64,000 nucleotides of DNA, taken from positions 2,118-66,117 of the forward strand of contig CACNEB010000007.1 of NCBI GenBank assembly GCA_902619375.1. Reading direction: 5' to 3'. This stretch comes from an uncultured Alphaproteobacteria bacterium (GTDB lineage: Bacteria; Pseudomonadota; Alphaproteobacteria; HIMB59). A model generated the notes under the pieces. That model did no database searches. It saw only the letters and a program-made list of their open reading frames with translations, and had not been told where the DNA came from. This document shows, in pieces, positions 42,949-53,338 of the stretch. The position numbers and the translations under genes were made by a program. Every line of letters starts with the position of its first letter. Within the stretch, counting starts at the first letter, position 1.

Positions 42949-43029
42949 ATGGATAATAATAAACCAAAACCTGATTGTGGTTGTTCTTGCTCATGCTGTT
43001 GCACATGTGGCGACGGTTGTTGTCAATAA
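42949..43029 (+). CDS. 26-aa Cys-rich peptide, metallothionein-like (not in ORF track)
   Basis: MDNNKPKPDCGCSCSCCCTCGDGCCQ*; 9 Cys encoded by mixed TGT/TGC codons. Confidence 0.7.
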   Translation: MDNNKPKPDCGCSCSCCCTCGDGCCQ

Positions 43030-43181
43030 ATAATTTTAATAAGAACAATTATTCCTAAAATAATACCGAATATTACATCCACGTATTTTCCTTTTTTTCT
43101 GGCCATAAGATAAAAAGAAATTAAAGCTAGACTAATTACTATAATGCTCGATAAGTTTGTTACAAAAGAAGAGGGCTCCAT
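43023..43181 (-). CDS. 52-aa 2-TM protein (not in ORF track)
   Basis: MEPSSFVTNLSSIIVISLALISFYLMARKKGKYVDVIFGIILGIIVLIKIIY*; starts 3 nt after the Anbu stop. Confidence 0.6.
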   Translation of the reverse strand: MEPSSFVTNLSSIIVISLALISFYLMARKKGKYVDVIFGIILGIIVLIKIIY

Positions 43182-43184
43182 TTA

Positions 43185-43910
43185 TTATTCTTCCCATTTA
43201 AAACGATCGAAAGATTTAAAAATTTCAAATATTCCTTTTTCCCATTGTTTAGATATGTATTGATAATCGTCATCATTAATTTCAAGAGATTGCTGATAAA
43301 CTATTTTTGATAATTTATTTTTATAGACAACTAAGTCGATCGGCGGACCAACAGATAAATCTGCTTTCATTGTACTGTCCATACTTATCAACGCACATCT
43401 TGCTGCATCACCTAAATATGTGTCAGATTTAACAACTCTATCTAAAATTGGCTTACCATACTTAATTTCTCCTATAACAAGATAAGGTTTGAATTCACTT
43501 GATTTAATAAAGTTACCCTGTGGGTAAACCAAATATAATTCCGACTCTTGATCTTTTATATGTCCACCAACTATAAAAGTTGAACCTAATTCAATAGTCT
43601 CTTGATTAATACCATCTGGTGAGGAATGTTTAACATTTAATCTCCCAATGTATTTTGCTATTTCATTTAAATTAAATAAATTATTTAAATTATTCCCGTT
43701 TTTATCGTCTTCTAAATCTTTAGTAATCGAATTAAAGACTGCTTGAGATGTAGCTAAATTTCCTGAAGTTAAAATTATTATATTTCTATCAATGCCTTTA
43801 TGGACATACATTTTAGAATAAGAGTTAAAGTTATCTAGGCCTGCATTTGTTCTCCTGTCAGATGCAAAAACCATCCCTTCATTTACTTTAATTCCTACAC
43901 AGTAAGTCAC
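43185..43910 (-). CDS. Anbu proteasome-type Ntn protease
   Basis: N-terminal (M)TYCVG, SD.RTNAG.D, GNLATSQ, IGE.KYGKPILDR, LSVGPP.D. Confidence 0.92.
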   Translation of the reverse strand: MTYCVGIKVNEGMVFASDRRTNAGLDNFNSYSKMYVHKGIDRNIIILTSGNLATSQAVFNSITKDLEDDKNGNNLNNLFNLNEIAKYIGRLNVKHSSPDGINQETIELGSTFIVGGHIKDQESELYLVYPQGNFIKSSEFKPYLVIGEIKYGKPILDRVVKSDTYLGDAARCALISMDSTMKADLSVGPPIDLVVYKNKLSKIVYQQSLEINDDDYQYISKQWEKGIFEIFKSFDRFKWEE

Positions 43911-44015
43911 ATCTTAATTAAATAGCTAATTTTTTAAAAATACAAACGATTATTTACATACCTTCAATCTAAACTATGCATAACTATTAATAGGCATTTA
44001 TAGTATTTTTATACA

Positions 44016-45461
44016 GTGAGTATAAATTGGAAAAATTACAATTCAAAAAACAGCTATGATGAGTATTTAACCCCTGAAAAAAGTCTCAGAAAAGAAGCTA
44101 AAGTAATTTCTAAAATATTAAATAGTTACTCAGTCAAAGATTTAGAAAGAATTGAACAAAATTGTCAAAGCACAATAAGTTCTCGCGGCATCAATTTTAA
44201 AGTTTACTCAGCTGATAAAAAAGCTGCAGAGGAAAAAAAATGGCCATTGGATATAATTCCTAGGATTATATTGAAATCTCAATGGTTAAAGGTAAGAAAA
44301 GGATTAATACAAAGGTGTAAAGCTTTAAATCTTTTTATAAATGATGTTTATAATCAAAAAAAAATATTTAAAGACAACATTGTTCCAAAAGATTTAGTAT
44401 TTAAATCTCAAAATTATTTAAAACAATGTGAAGGATTTATGCCTAAAAGAAAAATTTGGTCTCATATTTCAGGAATAGATTTAATAAGAAATATTGATGG
44501 AAAATTTTTAGTGTTAGAAGATAATCTTCGCGTTCCTTCAGGTGTTTCATACATGCTTGAAAACAGAATGGTAATGGGAGAGGTATTTCCTGAATTATTT
44601 ACTCGTTATAGAGTTTCACCGATTAATCACTATTGCAATAGACTCTATCACTGTATGTTAGATGCAATACCTTATAAAAAAAATAACCCAACAATGGTTG
44701 TATTAACGCCAGGAGTTTATAACTCTGCATACTTTGAGCATTCATTTTTAGCACAACAAATGGGTATAGCTCTTGTTGAGGGAAAAGATCTTTATGTCGA
44801 AAATGATAAAGTTTATGTAAAGACAGTAAAAGGAGGTTTGAGAGTTGATTGTATATACAGAAGGATTGATGATACTTTTTTAGATCCCAAAACTTTTTTT
44901 AAAGGATCTTTGTTAGGTGTAGCGGGTTTATACAAATCTTACAGAAAAGGCAATGTTGGACTTTTAAATGCTCCTGGTAGTGGGGTAGCAGATGATAAAG
45001 TTATATACTCATATGTTCCTAAAATAATTAAGTATTATTTAGATGAAGAGCCTAAATTGGACCAAGTAGAGACATATTTATGTCATAATAAATCCGAGAG
45101 AGATCACGTAATTTCTAATATTTCAAAAATGATAGTAAAACCAGCTGATGGATCTGGTGGTTATGGAATTATAGTAGGGCCCAAATCCTCTAAATCTGAG
45201 AGAGAGGCATACATTAGAAAAATTTTACATAACCCAAGAAACTTTATTGCTCAACCTTTAGAAATATTATCAACTACACCAACTTTACAGGGGAATTTAA
45301 TTGAACCTCGACACCAAGATTTACGACCATTTATTCTTTCTGGAAAGGAGACATATGTAACTATGGGCGGTTTGACTAGAGTTGCTCTTAAAAAGGGAAG
45401 CACGATCGTAAATAGCTCACAAGGTGGAGGTTCAAAAGACACTATGATTGTAGAAGATTAA
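44016..45461 (+). CDS. Circularly permuted type 2 ATP-grasp protein
   Basis: LEDNLRVPSGVSYMLENR, NSAYFEHSFLA, IYRRIDD.FLDP, GGLTRVAL, VNSSQGGGSKDT. Confidence 0.93.
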   Translation: MSINWKNYNSKNSYDEYLTPEKSLRKEAKVISKILNSYSVKDLERIEQNCQSTISSRGINFKVYSADKKAAEEKKWPLDIIPRIILKSQWLKVRKGLIQRCKALNLFINDVYNQKKIFKDNIVPKDLVFKSQNYLKQCEGFMPKRKIWSHISGIDLIRNIDGKFLVLEDNLRVPSGVSYMLENRMVMGEVFPELFTRYRVSPINHYCNRLYHCMLDAIPYKKNNPTMVVLTPGVYNSAYFEHSFLAQQMGIALVEGKDLYVENDKVYVKTVKGGLRVDCIYRRIDDTFLDPKTFFKGSLLGVAGLYKSYRKGNVGLLNAPGSGVADDKVIYSYVPKIIKYYLDEEPKLDQVETYLCHNKSERDHVISNISKMIVKPADGSGGYGIIVGPKSSKSEREAYIRKILHNPRNFIAQPLEILSTTPTLQGNLIEPRHQDLRPFILSGKETYVTMGGLTRVALKKGSTIVNSSQGGGSKDTMIVED

Positions 45462-45465
45462 ATTT

Positions 45466-46902
45466 TTAAATCTTTTGCTTCACAACTATTGTCTGATTTA
45501 AATTTTCAACCTCTAATGTTTCCTCATCCCCATTAGTCCATTTAATTTTAATTTTAAACTCATTTTCATTATCTCTAATTCCATAGTGAGCAACTGGCTC
45601 CATTTGACATAAATAACCTGATCCTGCATCGATTGTTTTAGAATGAGTTCTTACATTTGTGTAAAGAGTTACTGTTGCTCCTCTTGCTGGTGCCCCATGG
45701 ATATTCAAAGGCCTTACTCTTAAAAAAGATCTTTGCTCATCATTATTATATTTAAATAGGGTCAATGGTTGAGCACCGGACTCACCATGAGATAAAAGAA
45801 GTTCTAGTACTCCATCATTATCAATATCTGCAACCGCTGCCCCTGTTCCAAGACCATTTGGCTCAAGAGCTTGATCTAGTTTTATTTCTTTAAAGACACC
45901 GTTTTCAATTATTTTATAAAGTCTATTTGGTTCACCTATGTTATTTAGAAACACTTCATCATAACCATCATTATCAAAATCTGCTGAGATTACTGTTCTA
46001 ATTTTTGTTGGTTCGTCAAAAGAAGAGTTAGCAATATTTTTAAATTTATCATTATCCAAAACATAGGCTCTGTTAAAACCTGTCCAATTACCGTTTAAAA
46101 TATCAAGTCTTCCTCGATAAAGGATGTCAGATAACGCTGTTCCTCTTCCATTTTGATAAATATCTTTGACATTCATCTCGCCAGCAACTTCTGAATACTT
46201 ACCATTTTGATTTAAATATAGAAAATTCGGACCTCTTTCATTAGCTGCAAACACATCTATTTGATCAGACAAGATGTGACCAGCAACTACAGCTCTACCT
46301 CCTGTAACTTTATCAAGCCCTAGACTTGCAGCTAGATCTACAACTCTATTATCAATAAACTCATAGAATCTTGTTGGGCCACCATAATTAGCAACATAAA
46401 TTCCGTAATTTCCATTACCCTCTCTATCGACACAAACTACTGATCTTCCTGCTGTTAAATTCAATTCACTTTTATTAATTTCTTTTTCGAATAAGTCCTC
46501 TATTACATCCTTGGAATTTATTAAAAGCCTGTCTGAATACATTTTTACCCCACTATAAGTATCTGTATTAAGAAAATAAATCTCCTCAAGACCATCTTTA
46601 TCTATGTCACATGCTGCAACTCCAATTGTAGATCTCTCTGGGTCAGAAAAAATATTATTAGTAATTTTATTTTCAAGTCTTTCTCCATTAAAACCTAAAG
46701 CTAAATTACTATATCTAAATCCAGTAACTATAAATTCATCATTTCCATCATTGTCAAAATCGCTTACAGCTACACCGTAACTTAGTCTAGAACTTTGATC
46801 GGGTAATAAATTACTGATATTTTTGAAATAACTTTTTTCTGCAAATACATTCATAGAATAAAAAAATAATAAAAATAAAAACGAAAATTTATAAAATTTC
46901 AT
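45466..46902 (-). CDS. CRTAC1-like FG-GAP / ASPIC-UnbV secreted protein
   Basis: DFDNDG, DIDKDG, DIDNDG repeats; C-terminal IDAGSGYLCQMEPVAHYG; start moved to ATG 46902. Confidence 0.85.
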   Translation of the reverse strand: MKFYKFSFLFLLFFYSMNVFAEKSYFKNISNLLPDQSSRLSYGVAVSDFDNDGNDEFIVTGFRYSNLALGFNGERLENKITNNIFSDPERSTIGVAACDIDKDGLEEIYFLNTDTYSGVKMYSDRLLINSKDVIEDLFEKEINKSELNLTAGRSVVCVDREGNGNYGIYVANYGGPTRFYEFIDNRVVDLAASLGLDKVTGGRAVVAGHILSDQIDVFAANERGPNFLYLNQNGKYSEVAGEMNVKDIYQNGRGTALSDILYRGRLDILNGNWTGFNRAYVLDNDKFKNIANSSFDEPTKIRTVISADFDNDGYDEVFLNNIGEPNRLYKIIENGVFKEIKLDQALEPNGLGTGAAVADIDNDGVLELLLSHGESGAQPLTLFKYNNDEQRSFLRVRPLNIHGAPARGATVTLYTNVRTHSKTIDAGSGYLCQMEPVAHYGIRDNENEFKIKIKWTNGDEETLEVENLNQTIVVKQKI

Positions 46903-46959
46903 ATATTTAATACTATTTTTAGGATGATCTAGATTTAGATATGATTTGTAAATTAACAA

Positions 46960-47694
46960 GTGAATACAAAACTTCTGATATTTGTTAAAAACAATATTAT
47001 TTTAGCTTTAATAACCGTCTTACTTGTACTGATTGTTAATAAAAATATTTACTCTAGTGAAAATATAAAAGGTGAGTCTTACTACTATGATACACTTGCT
47101 AAGAATTGGGGTAAAATTTTTCCAGATGGAAATAGAAATGCTGCAGGACCTAAGTTTTTTAAATATCTAATAGATCAAGAACTCAGTTTTAATGATTTTG
47201 TTGAATTCAATAAAAGATATTGCCCAGTTTCTGGTTCATTGATAGCGCCTGGATCTGAACCAGCATTTATAAGTATGAATGATGTTGGCTCAGATAATAA
47301 AGTATGTGGAAGTATGTATCGTTGTTGTTGGCCGTGCGTTTGTGACTCTATGAAATATGCAAAAGCTATGGAGATATCATATAAATTTCAGGGTATTGAA
47401 GAAAGATTTACTGTTATGACTATTGATAACCCATGTAATAAAAAAGATTTCCCACTAGAGGTAAACAGGGATTATTTTTGTAACGGTGATCAAATGAATG
47501 AAAACCAAGTGTATACAATAGATCAAAAAATGGTTATTGGCTATTTACACAACCCAACTAGCTGTAATAGTAGCGACCTTTTAGCTATAAATAATCATCC
47601 CGTTGTTGGTGAACAATGCAAGATAAGAAATTCTACCGATGAAGATGAACTTATTTCTGGTATGGGAGATATATTTATTAAACTATCGAAATAA
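46960..47694 (+). CDS. Cys-rich exported hypothetical protein
   Basis: N-terminal hydrophobic segment; 10 Cys including YCPVSGS and RCCWPCVCD. Confidence 0.75.
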   Translation: MNTKLLIFVKNNIILALITVLLVLIVNKNIYSSENIKGESYYYDTLAKNWGKIFPDGNRNAAGPKFFKYLIDQELSFNDFVEFNKRYCPVSGSLIAPGSEPAFISMNDVGSDNKVCGSMYRCCWPCVCDSMKYAKAMEISYKFQGIEERFTVMTIDNPCNKKDFPLEVNRDYFCNGDQMNENQVYTIDQKMVIGYLHNPTSCNSSDLLAINNHPVVGEQCKIRNSTDEDELISGMGDIFIKLSK

Positions 47695-47709
47695 ATTTAA
47701 ATTATTATT

Positions 47710-48192
47710 TTAGTACTTTGATTTAATCCCTGGGCATTCATCCATAAGATCGTACATCGCATTTTCAAATCTAGAGATATCAACTAATATTGGAAAAAAT
47801 ATTGTTGTACTTGGCCCAGGTTCTATACCAAAAATCCAAAGACCCTCTGTAGCATCTTCCCCATAAGCATCATATGCATATACTTCTTGAACGCCAATTT
47901 CGCCATTTAGAATAAAATACTCTCTTCCATCCTCACCTATTTGACTTGATGCTGAATTCCATAATGCTTTATTAAAATCATAAATTGCAATAAGGTTCAT
48001 ATCTCCGAGAGCTTGAACATAAGTCGTCACACAACCATCAATTTCATATTCATTTGTAACAGCGCCCCATCCACCATCCCCACCGATCATAAAACCAAGA
48101 GCATCATGGACTACATTCTCGTTTACTCTGGAAAAGGCAGAACTAAAACTAAAAAACAAAAAAGTGAAAAAAATAAATATTTTTTTATACAT
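47710..48192 (-). CDS. Hypothetical exported acidic protein
   Basis: Signal peptide ending SAFS. Confidence 0.7.
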   Translation of the reverse strand: MYKKIFIFFTFLFFSFSSAFSRVNENVVHDALGFMIGGDGGWGAVTNEYEIDGCVTTYVQALGDMNLIAIYDFNKALWNSASSQIGEDGREYFILNGEIGVQEVYAYDAYGEDATEGLWIFGIEPGPSTTIFFPILVDISRFENAMYDLMDECPGIKSKY

Positions 48193-48197
48193 ACTAA

Positions 48198-48383
48198 TTA
48201 ATCGATTAATAAATAATCAGCATAGACTATAGTATTACTACTTTTTAATCTATATTTTTTGACTAATTTTACAGCTTTATATTTTTTACGTAATTTTTTT
48301 AGTTCTAGTGATGCTTCTTTTCTATATTTTATGTTTTTCCACCATGATGAATTACCAATTTCTAAAGTAATTACTTTCTTCAT
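48198..48383 (-). CDS. Small basic hypothetical protein
   Basis: ORF track; tightly packed with neighbours. Confidence 0.55.
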   Translation of the reverse strand: MKKVITLEIGNSSWWKNIKYRKEASLELKKLRKKYKAVKLVKKYRLKSSNTIVYADYLLID

Positions 48384-48812
48384 TCAAAAAACAATAAATA
48401 TTAAAAAAACATATCTAGATATCTTTGAAATACTTACTAATGTCAAAAAAGTTAAAAACCTTACTCTCAAAATCCCAGCTATAATTGTCAGTGGATCACC
48501 AATAACTGGTAGCCAGGCTAGTAGTAGAGACCAAATACCGTATTTTTTGAAATAAATTTCACTTCTTTCTATTTGCGTTTCACTTGCAGGAAACCACTTC
48601 TTATCTTTAAAAATTAATATTTTTTTTCCTAAATACCAATTAACTGATGAACCAAGAATATTTCCGAAACTTGCTACCACCAAAAGTAAATATTTATCAA
48701 ATGAACCTGTTAATAGCATTGTTGATAAAACTAACTCGGAAGATAGGGGAAGTATAGTAGCCGCGAGAAAACTAATAAGGACAAGTTGGAAGTATGAGAT
48801 GAATATAATCAA
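48384..48812 (-). CDS. YqaA/DedA-family membrane protein
   Basis: SFLAATILP..SE, GN.LGS..N, W.PVIGDPL. Confidence 0.88.
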   Translation of the reverse strand: MIIFISYFQLVLISFLAATILPLSSELVLSTMLLTGSFDKYLLLVVASFGNILGSSVNWYLGKKILIFKDKKWFPASETQIERSEIYFKKYGIWSLLLAWLPVIGDPLTIIAGILRVRFLTFLTLVSISKISRYVFLIFIVF

Positions 48813-48823
48813 ATCAATATTAA

Positions 48824-49237
48824 TTAAATATAGGTTTCAGCTTTTAAAATATCTAATATTAACATAAACGTAAAATAACCTGCATTTATGAATACAATAA
48901 AACTAAACATATAAATAATTTCCTTTGAGACATTTTCACTTACAAAATTAGGAAAGAAATATTTTCCAAGAAGAAAACTTATTTCTGAATATATTACTGT
49001 TATTGTAGCAGCAATAAAAAGAACATAAGTAAATTTTCCAAAAAAATTTACAATTAGTAAGCTAGCAAAAGTAATTAATAATAGAAAAAGAGAGGAATAT
49101 ATTGACAAATTTGAAATTGTTAATTTTTGTTTATAAATTTTTCTTGTTAGGAGTAGTAAAAAAAAAATTATTGTTAATATTGATGATACTAAAAAAACCT
49201 TAGTGTTATAAAGAGAGTCTGAAAAAAAAATGTCCAA
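48824..49237 (-). CDS. Hypothetical membrane protein
   Basis: ORF track; 4 hydrophobic segments. Confidence 0.55.
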   Translation of the reverse strand: MDIFFSDSLYNTKVFLVSSILTIIFFLLLLTRKIYKQKLTISNLSIYSSLFLLLITFASLLIVNFFGKFTYVLFIAATITVIYSEISFLLGKYFFPNFVSENVSKEIIYMFSFIVFINAGYFTFMLILDILKAETYI

Positions 49238-49240
49238 AAA

Positions 49241-49333
49241 TTATTTTTTTCTAATTTTTCTGATAGTCATCACTGAAAGGAACAATACAAAAAATATTAA
49301 AGCAAATGCCCCAATTAAAAATATCCATTTCAT
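49241..49333 (-). CDS. 30-aa single-TM peptide (not in ORF track)
   Basis: MKWIFLIGAFALIFFVLFLSVMTIRKIRKK*; fills the gap exactly. Confidence 0.45.
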   Translation of the reverse strand: MKWIFLIGAFALIFFVLFLSVMTIRKIRKK

Positions 49334-49368
49334 AGTTTAATTATACAAATTTTGCTTTAAGTTGGAAG

Positions 49369-51948
49369 TTATGATCTCAAAACTCTAAGGTTTTTATTGG
49401 CAATTACTAATCCATATTTATCTTTAGAAAAAATTAATTTATCTTCAATATTTTCACCAATATCTAGAATTACCTCTGATAAGGGGTTTAAAACTTCATC
49501 TTGCAGTAATCTTTTCAAAGGTCTGGCTCCAAATAATGGATCAAACCCTTTTTCTTTTAAATAGTTAAAGGCTTCATCAGTAAAACCAATTGAAATACCT
49601 TTCGAGGAGACTCTTCTTTCGATTAGTTGAATTTGATTATTTAAAATCGCACTAATATTTTCTTTCGATAATTTGTTAAATAAAATAATGTCATCAATTC
49701 TATTCAAAAACTCTAATCGAAAATGATTTTTTAGTTCTTCAAGAGCAAGGTTCTTTTTTGTCGTATAGTCAAAATTATCATCAACAGGGATTTGTGAGCC
49801 TATATTAGAGGTCATGATAATAAGAGTATTTTTAAAATTCACTATTTTTCCTTTAGAGTCTGTTAACCTACCATCATCCAAAATTTGTAGGAGAATATTA
49901 AATACATCGGGGTGAGCTTTTTCAATTTCATCAAACAAAATAACCTGATACGGGCGCCTACGCACAGAATCAGTTAACTTTCCACCATCATCGTAACCGA
50001 TATAACCAGGCGGAGATCCAATAAGCTTACTTACAGAGTGTTTTTCCATGTACTCGGACATATCAAGTCTTAGCATTTGTTTTTCATTGTCAAAAACATA
50101 TTCTGCTAAAGCTTTGGATAATTCAGTTTTTCCTACGCCAGTTGGGCCTAAAAAAAGGAACGAACCCAAAGGTTTATCAGGATCTTGAAGACCTGCTTTT
50201 GAAATTTTAATAGCTTTAGATACTTTCTCAATAGCATCTTGTTGGCCAATAACTCTTTTTTCTAAAAGTTTTTCTATGTTTATTAACTTATCTTTTTCGC
50301 CTCCGATAAGTTTTTCTAAAGGTATACCCGTCCACTTTGATACCACACTTGCAATATCTTCAGCATTAATCACTTCATTTATTATTGTAGCCTGCTCTTT
50401 TTTATTCAATTCTTCATATTCTTTTTGAAGACTAGGGAGCAAGCCATACATAATTTCACTTGCTTTTGTTAAATCACCACTTCTTTGAGCACTTTCGAGG
50501 TCTTCTTTTGCTTGATCAATTCTTTCATTTAAATTTCTTTTTGTATCTAGTATCTTTTTTTCTGACTCCCAAGTGCTATTGAGCATATTCAGTTTTTCTT
50601 GAATATCTGATATTTGACTTTCAATTTTTTTATTTTTTTTCTCATCTTTTTCATTGTCTTTTGAAAGAACATTTTTTTCCATCTGCAGTTTAATAAGATC
50701 TCTGTCAAGCTGGTCTATTTCCTCAGGTTTACTGTCAATTTCCATTTTAACTTTACTCGCAGCCTCATCCATTAAATCAATCGCTTTATCAGGCAAAAAA
50801 CGATCAGTTATATATCGATCAGATAATTGAACTGATGATAAAATAGCCTCATCACTAATTCTTATTCCGTGATGGATTTCATATTTTTCTTTTAGACCTC
50901 TTAAAATAGCAACAGCATCAGTTGAAGAGGGCTCATTAACAAAAACTGGTTGAAAACGTCTAGTTAAAGCCGCATCTTTCTCAAAATATTTTTTATATTC
51001 ATCTAAAGTTGTTGCACCAACGCAATGTAATTCACCTCTAGCTAATGCTGGCTTTAGCATGTTGGATGCATCCATCGCTCCATCTGTCTTTCCAGCACCA
51101 ACAAGCGTATGAATTTCATCAATAAATAAAATAATTGAACCATTTTGTTTATGAATTTCTTTTAAGACATTTTGAAGTCTTTCTTCGAATTCTCCACGAT
51201 ACTTGGCACCAGCAAGCAATAATCCTAGATCAAGAATACGAATAACTTTATTTTCTAATGAGCGTGGAACATCTTTATTTGCTATTCTTTGTGCTAAACC
51301 CTCTATCAATGCAGTTTTACCCACACCAGGGTCTCCAATTAATATTGGATTATTTTTAGTTCTCCTTGATAAAACTTGAATAGTTCTTCTAATTTCCTCA
51401 TCTCTTCCAATAACCGGATCTAACTCTCTTTTTTGTGCTTTTTGAGTAACATTGATTGTATACTTTTCTAAAGCGTTAAAATTATCATCAGAATTTTCGC
51501 TTTCAGATTTTCCATCTTTTCTGAAATCTCGTATTTTTGTTTTAACTAATTCAAGACTTAGCCCATTTTTTTTTAATATTTTTTCAATTTGGTCATCTGA
51601 TTTTATACAACTTAAAAATAAAGAGTCGATCGATACAAAACTATCTTGATTAGACTTTGCAATTGTTTCTGCACCTTCGAAAAGACTCAATAATTTAGGA
51701 TCTGCATAAATTTGAACACTGCTTGAGTTATTTACTTGTTCTTTAGATAATATTTCAGAAATAGATTTTTTAATTATACCAGTATCAGTTTTCTCAAAAA
51801 TTTTGTTTATTAATTCGTGATTGGAATTTAATAATTCATAAAAAATATGAATAGGGGCAATTTTTTGATGTTTTTTACTTAATGCTAAATTTTGAGCAGA
51901 ATTAATAATTTTTTTTGAACTATTAGTATATTTTTCAAAATTCATCAT
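49369..51948 (-). CDS. clpB: ClpB disaggregase
   Basis: Two AAA+ modules ([16 protein letters not shown]), middle coiled coil, GARPL. Confidence 0.97.
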   Translation of the reverse strand: MMNFEKYTNSSKKIINSAQNLALSKKHQKIAPIHIFYELLNSNHELINKIFEKTDTGIIKKSISEILSKEQVNNSSSVQIYADPKLLSLFEGAETIAKSNQDSFVSIDSLFLSCIKSDDQIEKILKKNGLSLELVKTKIRDFRKDGKSESENSDDNFNALEKYTINVTQKAQKRELDPVIGRDEEIRRTIQVLSRRTKNNPILIGDPGVGKTALIEGLAQRIANKDVPRSLENKVIRILDLGLLLAGAKYRGEFEERLQNVLKEIHKQNGSIILFIDEIHTLVGAGKTDGAMDASNMLKPALARGELHCVGATTLDEYKKYFEKDAALTRRFQPVFVNEPSSTDAVAILRGLKEKYEIHHGIRISDEAILSSVQLSDRYITDRFLPDKAIDLMDEAASKVKMEIDSKPEEIDQLDRDLIKLQMEKNVLSKDNEKDEKKNKKIESQISDIQEKLNMLNSTWESEKKILDTKRNLNERIDQAKEDLESAQRSGDLTKASEIMYGLLPSLQKEYEELNKKEQATIINEVINAEDIASVVSKWTGIPLEKLIGGEKDKLINIEKLLEKRVIGQQDAIEKVSKAIKISKAGLQDPDKPLGSFLFLGPTGVGKTELSKALAEYVFDNEKQMLRLDMSEYMEKHSVSKLIGSPPGYIGYDDGGKLTDSVRRRPYQVILFDEIEKAHPDVFNILLQILDDGRLTDSKGKIVNFKNTLIIMTSNIGSQIPVDDNFDYTTKKNLALEELKNHFRLEFLNRIDDIILFNKLSKENISAILNNQIQLIERRVSSKGISIGFTDEAFNYLKEKGFDPLFGARPLKRLLQDEVLNPLSEVILDIGENIEDKLIFSKDKYGLVIANKNLRVLRS

Positions 51949-51954
51949 ATAATT

Positions 51955-51983
51955 TATTTGGTAATAATTTATGAAGAAACAAG
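51955..51983 (-). promoter_or_regulatory. Putative RpoH (sigma32) promoter of clpB
   Basis: Minus strand CTTG-N18-CCAAAT, close to the alphaproteobacterial CTTG-N18-CCTAT pattern. Confidence 0.5.
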
Positions 51984-52078
51984 ACCTAATAAAAAAAAAT
52001 TTTGAACAACAAAAAAAAGATAAATTAGCTCAAAAATTAAGAGAAAATCTAAAAAAAAGAAAAAAAATTAAGAAATAA
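51971..52078 (+). CDS. 35-aa basic protein upstream of murA (not in ORF track)
   Basis: MKKQDLIKKNFEQQKKDKLAQKLRENLKKRKKIKK*; I recall LA..LRENL.RRK from small ORFs preceding alphaproteobacterial murA. Confidence 0.6.
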   Translation: MKKQDLIKKNFEQQKKDKLAQKLRENLKKRKKIKK

Positions 52079-52081
52079 AAA

Positions 52082-53338
52082 ATGCAAACGGTAGTTATAA
52101 AAGGTCCTTCAACCTTGAAAGGGAAAATAAAAATCTCTGGTTCAAAAAATGCTTCTTTGCCTATTATTATTTCGACTCTGTTGGCAAAAGGTGAGTGTCT
52201 TATTCATAATGTACCTAACCTTAGAGATACAAGATTTTTAATCTCAATTTTAAAAGATTTAGGTTGTGATGTTGATTTTCAAAAAAACACTCTATTTGTT
52301 AGAAGTTCTGCTATTACAAAAAAATCAGCTGATTACGAATATGTTCGTCAAATGAGAGCATCTATTGTTATTTTAGGACCTGCGATTTCAAGATATAAAA
52401 AATTTAAAATAGCTCTTCCTGGTGGTTGCTCAATTGGCACAAGAGGAATTGATTTGCACTTAAATGCTCTAAAGTTAATGGGTGTAAAAATCTCAATAAA
52501 AAATGGTTATGTAATAGCTGAGAGAAAAAAAAATAATTTAATTTCAATTGACTATAAATTTCCAAAAATCAGTGTAGGTGCAACACAAAATATTTTAATG
52601 GCAGCTAGTCTTGCAAGTGGAAAAAGTACATTAAAAAATTGTGCCATCGAGCCTGAAGTCATAGATTTAATTAATTTTTTAAATAAATGTGGCGCACTTA
52701 TAAAAGTAAAAAATAGGACAATTACAGTTAGAGGAGTAGAAGAACTAAAACTTCAAGATTACAAAGTAATACCTGACAGGATAGAAGCTGGCTCATATAT
52801 TTTAGCAACTATGGCAACAAAAGGTAGACTCAAATTATATAACTTCAATCCAAAAGACTTAGCTCTTCCTTTGAAACTTTACAAAGGAATGGGTCTAAAA
52901 ATAAAAAAGCTATCTAATACCTCTTATGAAATTTATTGTAAAACACTTAAACCAATAAAAAAAATTTCTACAAAAGAATTTCCAGGATACCCTACAGATT
53001 TACAGGCTCAGCTAATAGCAACACAACTTAAGTCTGGTTTAAAGTCGAAAGTGGTCGAAAATATATTTGAAAATAGATTTATTCATATTCCAGAGCTGAG
53101 AAGATTTGGGGCAAATTTATCAATCAAAGGAAATACAGTAACAATTGATAAAACATCTAATTTACTGGGCGCAGAGGTCATGGCGACAGATATAAGGGCT
53201 AGTTTTTCCCTTATAATCGCAGCAATGATGTCTAAGGGAAAAACTGTAATAAATAGAATTTATCATCTTGATAGAGGATATGAAGATTTTGATTTAAAAT
53301 TAAAAAAATGTGGCGTAAACATTAGTAGAAAAAAATGA
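52082..53338 (+). CDS. murA: UDP-N-acetylglucosamine enolpyruvyl transferase
   Basis: GSKNA, MRAS, LPGGC.IG.R, PDRIEAG, HLDRGY. Confidence 0.96.
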   Translation: MQTVVIKGPSTLKGKIKISGSKNASLPIIISTLLAKGECLIHNVPNLRDTRFLISILKDLGCDVDFQKNTLFVRSSAITKKSADYEYVRQMRASIVILGPAISRYKKFKIALPGGCSIGTRGIDLHLNALKLMGVKISIKNGYVIAERKKNNLISIDYKFPKISVGATQNILMAASLASGKSTLKNCAIEPEVIDLINFLNKCGALIKVKNRTITVRGVEELKLQDYKVIPDRIEAGSYILATMATKGRLKLYNFNPKDLALPLKLYKGMGLKIKKLSNTSYEIYCKTLKPIKKISTKEFPGYPTDLQAQLIATQLKSGLKSKVVENIFENRFIHIPELRRFGANLSIKGNTVTIDKTSNLLGAEVMATDIRASFSLIIAAMMSKGKTVINRIYHLDRGYEDFDLKLKKCGVNISRKK

